From: Tubiluchus corallicola
Lineage: Eukaryota > Animalia > Priapulida
Direction of reading: 5' to 3'
Assembly (NCBI GenBank): GCA_030141605.1
Contig: JAQGDQ010000877.1
Span: forward strand, 21,237-85,236
Length of the DNA stretch: 64,000 nucleotides
Part shown: in pieces, positions 13,512-38,460 of the stretch
Numbering within the stretch: position 1 is the first letter of the stretch
Layout of the letters: each line of letters opens with the position of its first letter
Translations under genes and position numbers: made by a program
The notes under the pieces: model-generated
What the model saw: the letters and a program-made list of their open reading frames with translations, nothing else
What the model was told of the DNA's origin: nothing
Database searches by the model: none

Positions 13512-14212
13512 CATTATAGAAAGTAAACAAATATGCACAATTTTACTTGTACATAACTATTTACAAATAAAATACTTTAAATCAGCAAAAAAAAAACGTT
13601 GACAACAATTACTATAGCTGCACAGCAAACATTGAACCACAATGCGCCAAAAGCCCCCAAGCACATAAGTAACATCAAGTGAGATTCATTCGATGAGAAA
13701 TTCGGGTTTTTAAAATGTTTAGTTACAACTGATTTGCCAAATCAACAACTTTGTGACAGTTCTGTATCACCAATCAAATTTCAACAAAATCCACTGTATC
13801 ACCTAGATTTGGAAATATAGTATTTTTATGTCCTTTCATGAGTTATTTGCAAGAGAAAACTTATTTGTATAACGTGAAATGAGTCAATAAACCGAAAGGA
13901 CAAAAATCCCATTAAATGCAAATATCCAGTAAGATGTCAAATTTGTAAAGAACTTGTAAATTAGAACTTTATAAGGAAATTTATATGAGATTCCCAAAAA
14001 AAAAGTCGTTAAATATTAAGCAGCATTAACCAAATTGTCCGACTACAATAGCTATGAAGCGGAACATGTAAGTTATATACAAAAGTAGTTAATAACAGTA
14101 AAAAAATTGATCATGTATCATCTGGCATGCCATGTTATCAGCTCATACTAGGCAATGAAATACCGACAAATAATCAAAAAAGCCTGTACAAATTGTGCAA
14201 GGCTTTCATTAA

Positions 14213-14746
14213 AGGAAAACCAGACGATTGTGTTAACATCAGTTCAGAATAAAGAATGCTCTAAAATATTGAAAACTACAATTGTTTTTTCTAAATCAAA
14301 GCTCTGATTAAATAATAATTACCTTGGATACTCAAATTTCGTTAAACTTTCAAAGCTATGCTTGGCTCAGTGAATTTACTAAGATTGGCAACGGCGCCTT
14401 TTTGTCACATGCGTGTGACCGACAAATAGAAGGCGCTAAGTATGATCATGAACTGCAGTGCTAGTTTCTGACGTCATATGACGTAGATCCGATTTCTGTA
14501 ACATCACGCGTTTAAGCAGTAACACTTACGCAAATACTCTTGAAGTGCAAGGGAAGATATCTGCCATTGCACAAACTGTGGCTATTTCTGACGTAAGCAA
14601 TAGCTGTGTTCGGTTGCCGTTAATTGACTTTCTAGGCCGATTATTCAAATATAAGAAACAATTGATAACTTTTATAGCCAAGAAAATGTATATTTTGGAC
14701 AATAAATTAAAATGAGATTGAGTCTGATCAATCGTCCGGTTTTGCT
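14213..14746. mobile_element. Kolobok-like non-autonomous DNA transposon, copy 1
   Basis: TTAA|AGGAAAACCAGACGATTG ... CAATCGTCCGGTTTTGCT|TTAA; homologous to 53907-54446 and 55258-55645. Confidence 0.8.
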
Positions 14747-15307
14747 TTAAACACATCAAAGATGGCCTGCATTTCTATACCAGAGATTCTGATAAAAAAC
14801 AATAAAAACATTGTATGTTATCTGCATCGTGTACAAATTAAGAACGAGCTATACTGTTAATATACTACAGCATAAGATTTCACATACAAAGATAAAAACG
14901 TTATAGGCACTAAAATTTTACTAGCAAATTTAAAACAAACAAACAATGAGATTGAAACGGGGATTCTTCCTAAAACTTGCAGCTAGTTGTCACAGGCACA
15001 TGGTTAAGCATTTCAGTTGAACTTAAACAGGGTACAATCAGACAAGCAAAACTAGAGACGCAAAGCCTAAAGTTTTCACATCCATCAAACATCGATTTTC
15101 TCAAATTTCATAAGAACAAACCACCTTTGTCATACCGTATAAATTAAATATGTTACGATTAAGCCACCCGCAATGCTTGCGAGATTTTTGCATCTGTCGA
15201 CTTTAACGTATGCTTAGCCTGTCAATTTTGCAGAAGTGTAACACGGCTATTTTTGGATATAGTGAAATCAAGCCAAGGAATAAAAAATTTATAAATAAAA
15301 GACTTAC

Positions 15308-15789
15308 CCGTATTTTCCCGTGTATAAGAGACCCTTTTTTGCTCAGAATTTTCACTTTAAAAATAGGGGGTCTCTTATACATGGGAGTAAGTCTTTTCAA
15401 TAAGATGCATAAATTGTGACACTAATGATTTTAAAGAAATAAGTGCTCTACAACTGTTTTATTTCGAATAATTATAGTTTCCTTTCAATAAATCTTCTCC
15501 ATGGCTAAATTCTAATGATAAAATTATGTACCGGGTAAGTTATTATTTTTTTTAATGTCAAAAGAGGACAATGCCATTTTTGAGCAGAGTGACTCCTCTG
15601 ATGATGAACTGGCTGGAATTGCTGAAGGTCTGACTCCAGTTGATATTTTTGATGAGAGTGATGAGGAATTTAATGATTTCTATGATGAATAAAGTTATTC
15701 ATTACCAAAAAACTTTTTTCCAGAATTTTTGCCTAAAAATTGAAGGGCTCTCTTATACACAAGGGTCTCTTATACATGGGAAAATACGG
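15308..15789 (+). mobile_element. Tc2/pogo-type deletion derivative retaining the acidic C-terminus of a transposase
   Basis: TIRs CCGTATTTTCCCGTGTATAAGAGACCC / GGGTCTCTTATACATGGGAAAATACGG with TA flanks. 15561-15692 translates KEDNAIFEQSDSSDDELAGIAEGLTPVDIFDESDEEFNDFYDE*. Confidence 0.8.
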
Positions 15790-16914
15790 TATATGTATGT
15801 AGCATAAACAAAATTAACGGAAAGAGTATTGAGTTGTAAAGTTTACCATGCTGGCTGCTGCCAGAATATGTTCTAGATACTGTTTAAACTTAGAAATTAC
15901 ATACAAGTACAAGTTTTTCTATATAATGATTTACATCGCAATGGTACTATACAACAGTACGTAGTGCACACAGAACGACAAAGAATAATAAATTACGTCT
16001 ATGCTAAGTTCATCAACGCAGTGCATTTTATGTTCACAGAGTGTTGCACATATATAAATAATACTTCAAAATAGCAAAAAATGATTAAAATATTCGTTAC
16101 GCTTACAAAGTTTATGTGTTAAGGAATGATGCCTGTATAATCACAATATCAGTAAAACGTAGGCTAATTAAAACCGCTTTGCCAACACAAACAAAGCCTC
16201 TAATATACAGAGGCAGAGTATAAATACATACATATAGCATGTTCCAATAATTTTGCTTTTGCCAAATGCTGTTTTAGTTTCACTGATGAATTTCTGTCGC
16301 CGAATTTAAATAAAAATGTGCAAAAATTTTGAATACTGATTAAAATTCTAATGATACTGAAATCGCCTACTAATAGTATTCATTCTGCTAATTATTACTT
16401 AACAGTATCTCAAAAATGTATATTAAGACTGCACGCTTACTGTGACCTCCCAATGTGATTTTTTTTTATAAATGACAAGACAACAGGTACACAGAGTGTA
16501 AAAGTCGCTATATGCTAAGCTGCTAACTTATACAGTAAAGGCAAACACGTAAAGAGTATAAAATTTCTATATCTATGTGACCTGCAGTCTAAAAATACAA
16601 CTAGAAACAAAAGAAAGAAATGCCGACACGCGATGCACAGAAAACACTAAAACACTACCTTACATTTACCATTCAGTACATTGTACGAACCCTATCTTGT
16701 GCAAAAAAGGAACTGCGACAATGTGCATCTAAAATGTGTTATTGCAAGACGTCACAGGAGCCTTCTAACCTTTCAGAAGAGCAACTTCTACTGCATATCA
16801 CATTTTTTCGATTTCGAATGTTACATTTAACTACAGAAGTAAAATTATAAATAACGAATTCATTAGCTATCTTAATTACTAATTTTTCCCTTGTCAATCA
16901 CAGCTGAGTATGTT

Positions 16915-28751
<11,837 letters not shown>

Positions 28752-29076
28752 TTTCCCTAATCACAGCGTGAAAACTTTGCCTCTGTGACACACAGAAATG
28801 TGCTAACACTCATGATAAACTGTTTATAAATTCCATCACGCAAAAATTTTTAACTTTCACAATTCCAGAACCATTTTACTAATTAAGTTAAAGGACAGCG
28901 CGACATCTGACGGTGACATATCAAAATGCGTATACGTATATATATTTTGTCGCTAGATGGCGCAGAATGATTTCTGATTTTGTATTGATAGGTTCAGAGA
29001 TTTTATTTGGACGTCTGCAAAAACGTGGGGAAATAACTTAGTTTGCCAAAGATCTTAAAAAAGTTCAGGCGAAAAA
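28752..29076. promoter_or_regulatory. Probable bidirectional promoter between DGCR2-like (-) and PXMP2 (+)
   Basis: Divergent start codons are only 325 bp apart. Locally CpG-containing motifs at 28898-28915 and 28949-28965. Confidence 0.65.
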
Positions 29077-32000
29077 ATGGAAAGCGTTGAGACCGAAAAG
29101 AAACATTCTGTATTGCTACAGAAAGCATTAATTTTATATTTACAACAACTATATGAAAGACCAGTTCTTACTAAAGCAATTACAAGGTTTGTTCTGCTAA
29201 AATATTAATTGTACCATCGAATTGTTTAGTGACATCGCTTAGCTATACTTGGCACTGGGAGCACACCATTCTAGCTACAGAGTACAATAACTATTTATAT
29301 TGGACTAAATATTTGAGCACTGTGAATTTTTGTAGGTTAAAAATCTTCACGTCTTACATAAAAAACAATGTAACATCTATAAACACAAAATATTCACTTA
29401 TATGATGCATTATCTGTTGAACAATCACACATCCGAATACTTCAATATGTGATATAGTGCTGATCAGTCATCAACTGTCAAAAGGTTACTCTCTAAATAT
29501 CATGATAGTTTGGTGACCTGGATCAAGATAGCAACCACAAGTCATTCAAAAGTCGATATGCATAAATGAACAATGGATTAAAACAAACAAAGCTAGCTCT
29601 TTCCAGTTTTAAAATGCAACAGGCATGTTGGTAGTAGTTAGTAGCAGAGCTCCGGGCCTTAAGGATGCTATTACATTTTGTTTTTTTAGTATTAGCAAAT
29701 ATCCACTGCTCACATACCAGCTTTTTTATGATTTTTTAAGTCGATCCACCTTATCTGAATCATGTTATAAGAACTTATAAGGTCACACTAAAATCATGTT
29801 AAGAGGACTGTTAGTGAAAGCCGGAACATTTTTGAGAGACCAGAAAAAAATTATTGCAAATCATAAGCTTTAAGGATCAGGACAGTTAATTAATAGCTGC
29901 ACTGTTTACTGAGCTACTTCTTTTGATGGCAGTCTATTAGTTAACAAATATTTGCATTGCTTGTTTTCAGTGGGGTGGTAGCTGGTCTGGCAGATGCTAT
30001 TGCTCAGTACATTGTGTTGAGGCAAAAAGCCCTTAAAGCAGGTAACGAAAAGGAGAAGGCTGATTTCAACCTACGAAGCATAGCTGCATTTGCTGCTTTC
30101 GGGTGTGTATACCTAAATACTTGTTGGTATTTGCTTCTAAAATGCACTGTTGTTTACTAAATATTTGTTTTTGGTAGCATCTCATTAATGACTTTTTAGA
30201 AAACGTTAGTTGCTGCAACTGCCTTTGTGCTTGGAAAATTTTAGGAACATGAATGGATCAGGTCCATAGTCTTTGAGATTTAGATACAGTTAGCTGTTGC
30301 CAGTCTAAACAAGTTGTCGTGCTTTCCAGCAGTCATGAACTTGGTTTATTGTTTTCTTTTATTCTTGAATTTCAATAACTTTATTTTGTATGTACTGCAA
30401 TCTGAATTTTGGGTTATGTTAATATTAGTCTGGCATCACAAAGAGAACAAGGCAAAGAAACGTGTTAATGCTGACATCTATCTTCAAAAAATACAAACTA
30501 TGGAAATAGGCAAAATGTTGTTTGATTATTTATCTGCATTTAATGTGGAGACTTTTGACTGACAGTGCCATGTATTTCTTTTCAGTGGTTTTGTCACCGC
30601 TCCACTGGCACATTACTTTTACAAACTACTAGACATAGTAGTTCCTCCAACAGCCAACAGGGCGAGCCTAATTCGGCTTATAATTGACAGAGGAGTGTTT
30701 GCTCCATTTCTCATTCTTCTGTTTTTTTATTTTGTCACTATAGCTGAGGTGAGTATTTCATATTCTTGTCAGTTGTAATAAAAATGAAAGGTAAGTAAAA
30801 ATAGCATTTTTTGACCTTTGACTCTATTTGCTGCTTTGCAATAACGGAAAATTTTCCATCATTGATAATAGCTGAAAATGATCATTAATGTTTTGGAGAG
30901 CTCCGATTCTCTAATTAACGAAACCAAATTAGCAAAATTTGTGACTGAGCTTTGACTTGAACCGGAGCTTTTGGTTTACAAGCTATTGCCATGAACACTA
31001 TACCACACAGCTCCTTGTGATGAAGGTAGGTTGCAAATTCTATCCTGAAAGCACGCGAAGAAATTAAACCAGCATTTCCAACTAGTCCCAATACACATTT
31101 TGCTCTTCTGATTTAGTATGATTTAAAAATGTTGTTTACTGTGCGTATATTGTATCACTTGTAGATAATCTTGATCTTTAAAATAATGAATGCTTACTTA
31201 TTGTTGACTGGAAATTTGTTGTCATATAAAAATATTATTGTGACTAACCTTTTTATAACATAGCAATCCACTCACTGAATGTCCATATTGTGCACCTTAC
31301 CTATTCACATCTTTGCATTCTAACATAGTAAGCAGTTACCTCACCAGTAATTTCAGTCTGTGTACAAAAATTAATTTGGCTGCATATATTAGATTAATTT
31401 GTTTGTACTCATGTTAAAGTTTGTACGAAGGATATATATTACTTTATGTTACATTAAAGAATGTACAAGTTTCTAAAAGTTGATTTTATAATTAATACTT
31501 TGAAAAATGAACACAGATGAACGACGCTTTTTGAACAACGGATGCATATAAACAACTTATAGTAGTATAGCCACTGAAATTTCAGAAGCAGGAACACATA
31601 ACACTGATATAAGTTAGTAATTGTTAAAATTTCAAGAACTGAAGTAATATCTGTGTTCGACCCTCTTTATGTGTCCTTTACACCTGCATTCATCTATGCC
31701 AAAAGGTAACAGAAAATGCCGCCTTCGTGAAGTTTGGATTTTTCACAGAACTTGTAACCTGTAATTTGATGCCTGCTTATGCATGCCTTACTCTTCTTTT
31801 AAAGCCTGAATTTTACCTGAAACTTTCATCCTTGTCAAAAAACCTTGGCACAAAAAAGTTATCTCTGTCACATAGTTGGACTGTTGTCCTGATACTTGAC
31901 ACTTATCGCAGAATTTAACACATGTCATTAAGTTTGGCACGTGACTCGATGCCCTGTTTTACGGCTTCATCTCCATATAAAAATCTTGTTGTGAAAGTTT

Positions 32001-35000
32001 GAACTCTTTCACAAAACAAAATAGTGGTGGCCGGTCGGCATTATTTGGTAACGAGCCAATCAACTTTTACCATTCGCCGATACTGATTGATCACAAGTCA
32101 GATAAAGTACGAAAATATTATTGCTGTAAAAATTATTTTTGTACTGTGTTGTCTTATCAGTTACCTTGTGCAACAAAATATATTACTAGGAGTCTTCACT
32201 GATATTTTTAATCATTTATCTGATTTTCGGGACTTTATTAATTTCATCAATAGAATAAAGCAAAACTTTGAAGTTTTGCTGGACTAAATTAATGATTTCT
32301 ATGTAATTAACCATCTTATTTCTATTCTACACGTTTGGTTGGTGGCTTTTGCAAGGCAACTCAATGAAATACGATTGCCACACGAACATAATTTTATATT
32401 TGACAATATATCGACATCTCAAAACTTTTTCTCTAAGTTTTAAATACCGGTACTTGTTTTTACATTTTCTTATAAAGTCAGCAATTTCTACGGCGTGATC
32501 AACTCAATAATTTACCAAGCCGATCAATAGTTTATTGACGACCCCGAACTTGTTCATCGATCACAAATGAACAACACTGTTCATTCATGAATCAGTGATT
32601 AGCCCGGCCCATCACTAAAACATGACTCTTGGTTACCACATTAGAGCTGCTTTTCTGTATCTGTCTACGATTTGGTTATTATAAGAACCTTTTATTTGCC
32701 TCAACTTCCCAATAAATTCAGCAGCAGAGCAGTTTTATTTCCATAACCTTTTTTCTGAGAAATCACATTTAAGTGAGATCAGGAACGAAGAAAGTGAAAA
32801 TGTCATAATTCAACTGTGAACGTTTTAAGTTCTTTGCTCCTTAGGGTGGTTCTGTCGAAGATGCTGAGAAGAAGATAAGACAACGATACTGGGCTGCAGT
32901 GAAAATGAACTGGAGAGTCTGGACACCTATTCAATACATCAACCTGAATTATGTGCCCTTACAGGTATGTTACGTTTTATTGTTTTTGAGAAAATGTTAT
33001 GCAAGAAGTACATTAATAGAAATTAACTCACGTCCGGGCTAAATACATACTGCATATACAGTCAACCTCGGATATAAGGGACACCTCGGGGCCGGAAAAA
33101 ACCGTCCTTTATATCCGATGTCCCTTATAGCCGAAGTCGAGTCAGACTGATGGTGTATCTAGACCTCTACTCTGCTGTACTTTTACCCATATTTTTATGG
33201 ATTATTGTTACACATTCAGTGCAAATGGTATGTAGGAAGCTCCTTCAGTGATGCGAGTTGTATGTGACCGCGGAAACCGAGCTGTTTGCGGAAAATTGAT
33301 GTTAAAAATCGATCAATTTCACTTTGGTCACAGGGTCCCTTATATGCGAGGTAATTTACCTAGGTTTCTATTATGTGGGACCTAAAGATATTGTCCCTTA
33401 TAGCCGAATGTCCCTTATATTAGAGTACCTTATATACAAAGATTTTTACGTAGGAAAAATGTTACGAAAACTCGGGACCGGTGTTGGTGGTCCCTTATAA
33501 GCGAGTACCTTATACCCGAGGTTGACTGTAATATGAACTTGTTTCGTGAATAGTGCTTCGTGAAGGGTGCACCTCTAATTACACAACCGGATGATCTGTT
33601 CAAGCCTATCCTGCAAAGTTTGTTTGAGACTCTTGAATATGATTTCTCCAGTCACCAGTATGGCTTGAAGCTGCTTAAAAGCTCAAGACTAAAAACTGAG
33701 TGTTTATCAACTTTACACATTGAGTTTAAGTCATATTTTGATGTACAGTAGAATATACTTAATAAATCAGGTCCCTTATTGCGACCACTGTTGCTGACAT
33801 ACAATTGCCTAATGCTTTAACCTTGTAATAGCCTTCATTTATTAAATTCGAGCTTCACTTTATAAATCCGCCTTCTGTGTTGTAAACACAACAAAACTGT
33901 GACGTAAGACCGTACGACTGTGCAATATTTTAGTTTGAGCTAGATCAGCATTTTTGTTCTTAGCACATTTCACACACCTTTGTGTTTTTTCCACTTAATT
34001 CTGCAATGTAATAACATAGAAAATGCTACTTAATAGGCTTTTCTGTTTTATAAGTCCAGCCGCTTAATAAATCCATTTGTCTTTTCACCAGTGGATTTAT
34101 TGAAGCAAAAGCCAAGTCTCTTGGGAAGTTGAGCTTATTCTAATATTTCAGGAAAATGTTAGAAAGTTTCAGCAATGAAATTCTTATGATCGCTGTATGT
34201 AATTAGTAAAATCAATTTAAAGTTGCCGTCACTTCATGTTTGGGCGCGCTCATTTTAGACGAGAAATGGTGCCATCCAGTTTCTGTGCAATGTAAACAGT
34301 TATTCCGCCAGGTGCTTGACTTATAGAGAGAACTCTATAAACTAAGTAACCCACCCGGTACCTACTGTATGCTCGCACATTTACATGAGTATCTTAAAAG
34401 TCAACAAAAGCCTGTAAATTAATTACCTTTGCCCAATTAATGTATACCACTTACATATTTTATGGCATAGTCCTGTGGTTTAAGAATACGTAACCACTTT
34501 AAACTTGGTCATAATTGATCAAATGACTTTTTACACAAACACAGTTAAATACAATGCTAGATTAACTGAACTTCTGAGCGAGCTGTAGAAATTTCTCAAC
34601 TTGTCTTGCCTTCACAGCATTCACGTTGCCCAGCAGACACCAGCCTACATCGTTTTTTTCCAAATATGCCAGCAGTTTTGTTCCTTTGGCGGAAGATAAT
34701 AAAATATTTAAACTTCTTTTACATTTTTAAGCAAAGCATTCTATGCGAATATGTTGTATGATGTTTTCAATATTTTTAATTGTATATTAAAATGCAATAA
34801 ATGTTGTTCGAGGGTTTGTTCTTCCTTTAAACGAAGTATACTGTACTGAAACATTATGTAGCTGTTCTTTTGTTTTTGCACTTTCTCCTCGAGTCCAGAT
34901 GGTTATGTTTGACCTCGGTTCATTTCTGATTTTTTTGTAGTATCGTGTGCTGTTTGGAAACTTGTTTGGCTTAGTATGGAGTGTTTACCTGTCGACAAAG

Positions 35001-35012
35001 CGAAGAGGTTAA
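29077..35012 (+). CDS. PXMP2: Peroxisomal membrane protein 2 (Mpv17/PMP22 family, ~198 aa)
   Basis: Exons 29077-29186, 29971-30102, 30586-30748, 32845-32964 and 34941-35012 are phase-compatible (597 nt). Motifs: LYERPVLTKAITS, ADAIAQ, APLAHYFY, RLIIDRGVFAP, KMNWRVWTPIQYINLNYVPLQYRVLFGN. Confidence 0.92.
30947..31014 (-). mobile_element. Degenerate tRNA-like / SINE head
   Basis: Minus strand GGAGCTGTGTGGTATAGTG...GGTTCAAGTC...GCTC has A- and B-box-like motifs at tRNA spacing, but the cloverleaf is poor. Confidence 0.35.
32022..32617. mobile_element. Old hAT-like MITE
   Basis: Termini TAGTGGTGGCCGG / CCGGCCCATCACTA; flanks AAACAAAA / AAACATGA (degenerate 8-bp TSD). Confidence 0.55.
33059..33528. 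mobile_element. Tigger/pogo-type MITE
   Basis: TA|CAGTCAACCTCGGATATAAGG ... CCTTATACCCGAGGTTGACTG|TA; many internal CCTTATA repeats. Confidence 0.88.
33835..34110. repeat. Dispersed repeat, diverged inverted copy at ~50815-51060
   Basis: TATAAGTCCAGCCGCTTAATAAATCCATTT vs AAATAGACTTATTAAGCGGCTGGATTTATA, with further colinear blocks. Confidence 0.6.
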
Positions 35013-36350
35013 AGGACTTTACCAAAAGCTATGTTGCTTTATATGTATAATTTGCAATTATGATATGCAGTATTACACAATTTTTACAGGTTGAACGTGA
35101 TTTTAAGAGGTTTTAGAATTTTTAAAAGCTTTCAAAGTGTTATTTTAGAATTATGTTTAATAATTGTAAATAATTACCAGAAATATAGAATAATTAGAGT
35201 AGTAGAAAATTGAGCGTAGTGAACAATAGGAATATAGGATCGGGTTAAACATACTCAAGAAAATATGTTATGTGTTGTATGTCATATGTTTTATGAAAAG
35301 TGATACAGTTTGTCAGGGGTGATAATTATATTGTGACAACTTATCAAGTCTTACTGTTGATGTGACCACGAAGTTTGTTTTCAGTGCGATGTTTCACTAC
35401 TGCAAGACATTAAATTTATCAGACAACAAGTAATCTAACTCTGCTTTATTATTGAACAATGCTTTTTCCAACTGTTTGTGGTGTGTTAAGGAAATGGTGC
35501 CATAAATGTTAACTGTTTGTGGTGTGTTATGGTAGCTGTAAGGTCGTCATTTGGACACTCAAAATTATTTTCCTGATTTGGAAATTTTACTGTAAAACTT
35601 TTTCTCTTTAAAATGCTTTATTTGAGACGAATTACTGGAGAGTAAAGAAAATTGTAAAGTTGTAAGAAACTTGCAGAAACGTTTAAGAACTATAATACAC
35701 TTCACATGGTGTGTCACTATTTTATTTGTTGCTATGCTGACATCCAGGTAATCAAGAACTAGTGAAAACAAACTACTGATATATCAAACTATATAAGGGT
35801 TTAAGTAATTATGTTTCAATTTTTAAATTAAAAAAATAACTAATAATTATGAAATTGTGCAAGTCTGTTTTAGTCTCCGTGATAATTTTTTTAACATTGT
35901 TGCTAAAGTAGGCTTCATTGCTGAAATGTACTTCGTAACTGTGATAACAAATGTTTAATTTTTTATGTGCATTTTTGTACCTATGCCATTCAATTTTATG
36001 ATACTTTTTTAATTTGTGCTGCTGTATATATCACTTTAATAACAGATTTAATAGCCATTGTTGTTGGTTTTTGTGATCATTGATTTTTATATTAAATTTA
36101 AATAAAAACCTATTTTACTGCAAATATATTTACGTCTTTGTTTTGTGATTGTTATTGTTTGCATTTTCTTGTTTATCTCATGGTGGATTGAAATCTTGCC
36201 ATCTCATTTTCGTAGTGACATCACATTTGCTGAGCATTATTATTTTCTTAGTAGCTTGGTAACAATTAAATGCCTGCAGGGTTCAAGAATTTTTTCAAGC
36301 CTGCTCAATGTGAATGTAGAAACAAAAATACTAAACTGTTTGAAATCCAA

Positions 36351-37578
36351 AAAAATCTTCACGTCTTACATAAAAAACAATGTAACATCTATAAACACAA
36401 AATATTCACTTATATGATGCATTATCTGTTGAACAATCACACATCCGAATACTTCAATATGTGATGTAGTGCTGATCAGCCATCAACTGTCAAAAGGTTA
36501 CTCTCTAAATATCATGATAGTTTGGTGACCTGGATCAAGATAGCAACCACAAGTCATTCAAAAGTCGATATGCATAAATGAACAATGGATTAAAACAAAC
36601 AAAGCTAGCTCTTTCCAGTTTTAAAATACAACAGGCATGTTGGTAGTAGTAAGTAGCAGAGCTCCGGGCCTTAAGGATGCTATTACATTTTGTTTTTTTA
36701 GTATTAGCAAATATCCACTGCTCACATACCAGCTTTTTTATGATTTTTTAAGTCGATCCACCTTATCTGAATCATGTTATAAGAACTTATAAGGTCACAC
36801 TAAAATCATGTTAAGAGGACTGTTAGTGAAAGCCGGAACATTTTTGAGAGACCAGAAAAAAATTATTGCAAATCATAAGCTTTAAAGATCAGGACAGTTA
36901 ATTAATAGCTGCACTGTTTACTGAGCTACTTCTTTTGATGGCCAGTCTATTAGTTAACAAATATTTGCATTGCTTGTTTTCAGTGGGGTGGTAGCTGGTC
37001 TGGCAGATGCTATTGCTCAGTACATTGTGTTGAGGCAAAAAGCCCTTAAAGCAGGTAACGAAAAGGAGAAGGCTGATTTCAACCTACGAAGCATAGCTGC
37101 ATTTGCTGCTTTCGGGTGTGTATACCTAAATACTTGTTGGTATTTGCTTCAAAAATGTACTGTTGTTTACTAAATATTTGTTTTTGGTAGCATCTCATCA
37201 ATGACTTTTTAACGTTAGAAAACGTTAGTTGCTGCAACTGCCTTTGTGCTTGGAAAATTTTAGGAACATGAATGGATCAGGTCCATAGTCTTTGAGATTT
37301 AGATATAGTTAGATGTTGCCAGTCTAAACAAGTTGTCGTGTTTTCCAGCGGTCATGAACTTGGTTTATTGTTTTCTTTTATTCTTGAATTTGAATAACTT
37401 TATTTTGTGTGTACTGCAATCTGAATCTTGGGTTATGTTAATATTAGTCTGGCATCACAAACAGAACAAGGCAAAGAAACGTGTTAATGCTGACATCTAT
37501 CTTCAAAAAATACAAACTATGGAAATAGGCAAAATGTTGTTTCTTTATTTATCTGCATTTAATGTGGAGACTTTTGAC
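36351..37578 (+). pseudogene. PXMP2: Partial genomic duplicate of PXMP2 (intron 1 part, exon 2 at 36984-37115, intron 2 part)
   Basis: Colinear with 29339-30559 at about 98% identity by eye. The exon copy and its splice sites are identical to the original; no other PXMP2 exon is included. Confidence 0.92.
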
Positions 37579-37737
37579 AATTATTTGCCTGCAGGGTTTA
37601 AGAATTTTTTCAAGCCTGCTCAATGTGAATGTAGAAACAAAAATACTAAACTGTTTGAAATCCAAAAAAAATTGAAACATTTTTTGTTTTTTTTTACAAA
37701 AATTAGACTTGCACATATTTTTGAATGTTGTGCATGA

Positions 37738-38189
<452 letters not shown>

Positions 38190-38460
38190 TGATGCCAATG
38201 TTTCCGGCTAAGACAAGTGAAGAAAAACTAACTGGTTGAATCCGTGATCCTAACACAGTAGTAGTAATTCAAAAGTTTTGTGCAGGTCATGAATTTTTGT
38301 CATTTTTTATGCTTTGCTTTCATTATTGCGCACTAGATGCCAGCACCAGGAAACAGTCTGCATTACCCGATAAAAATAAGAGGATTTTGCTGCAACTGCG
38401 TGATTCTGAGTGCTGTGTTTCTGTACTGTAGGCTGCAAACTTTTTTGAAAATAATAAATT

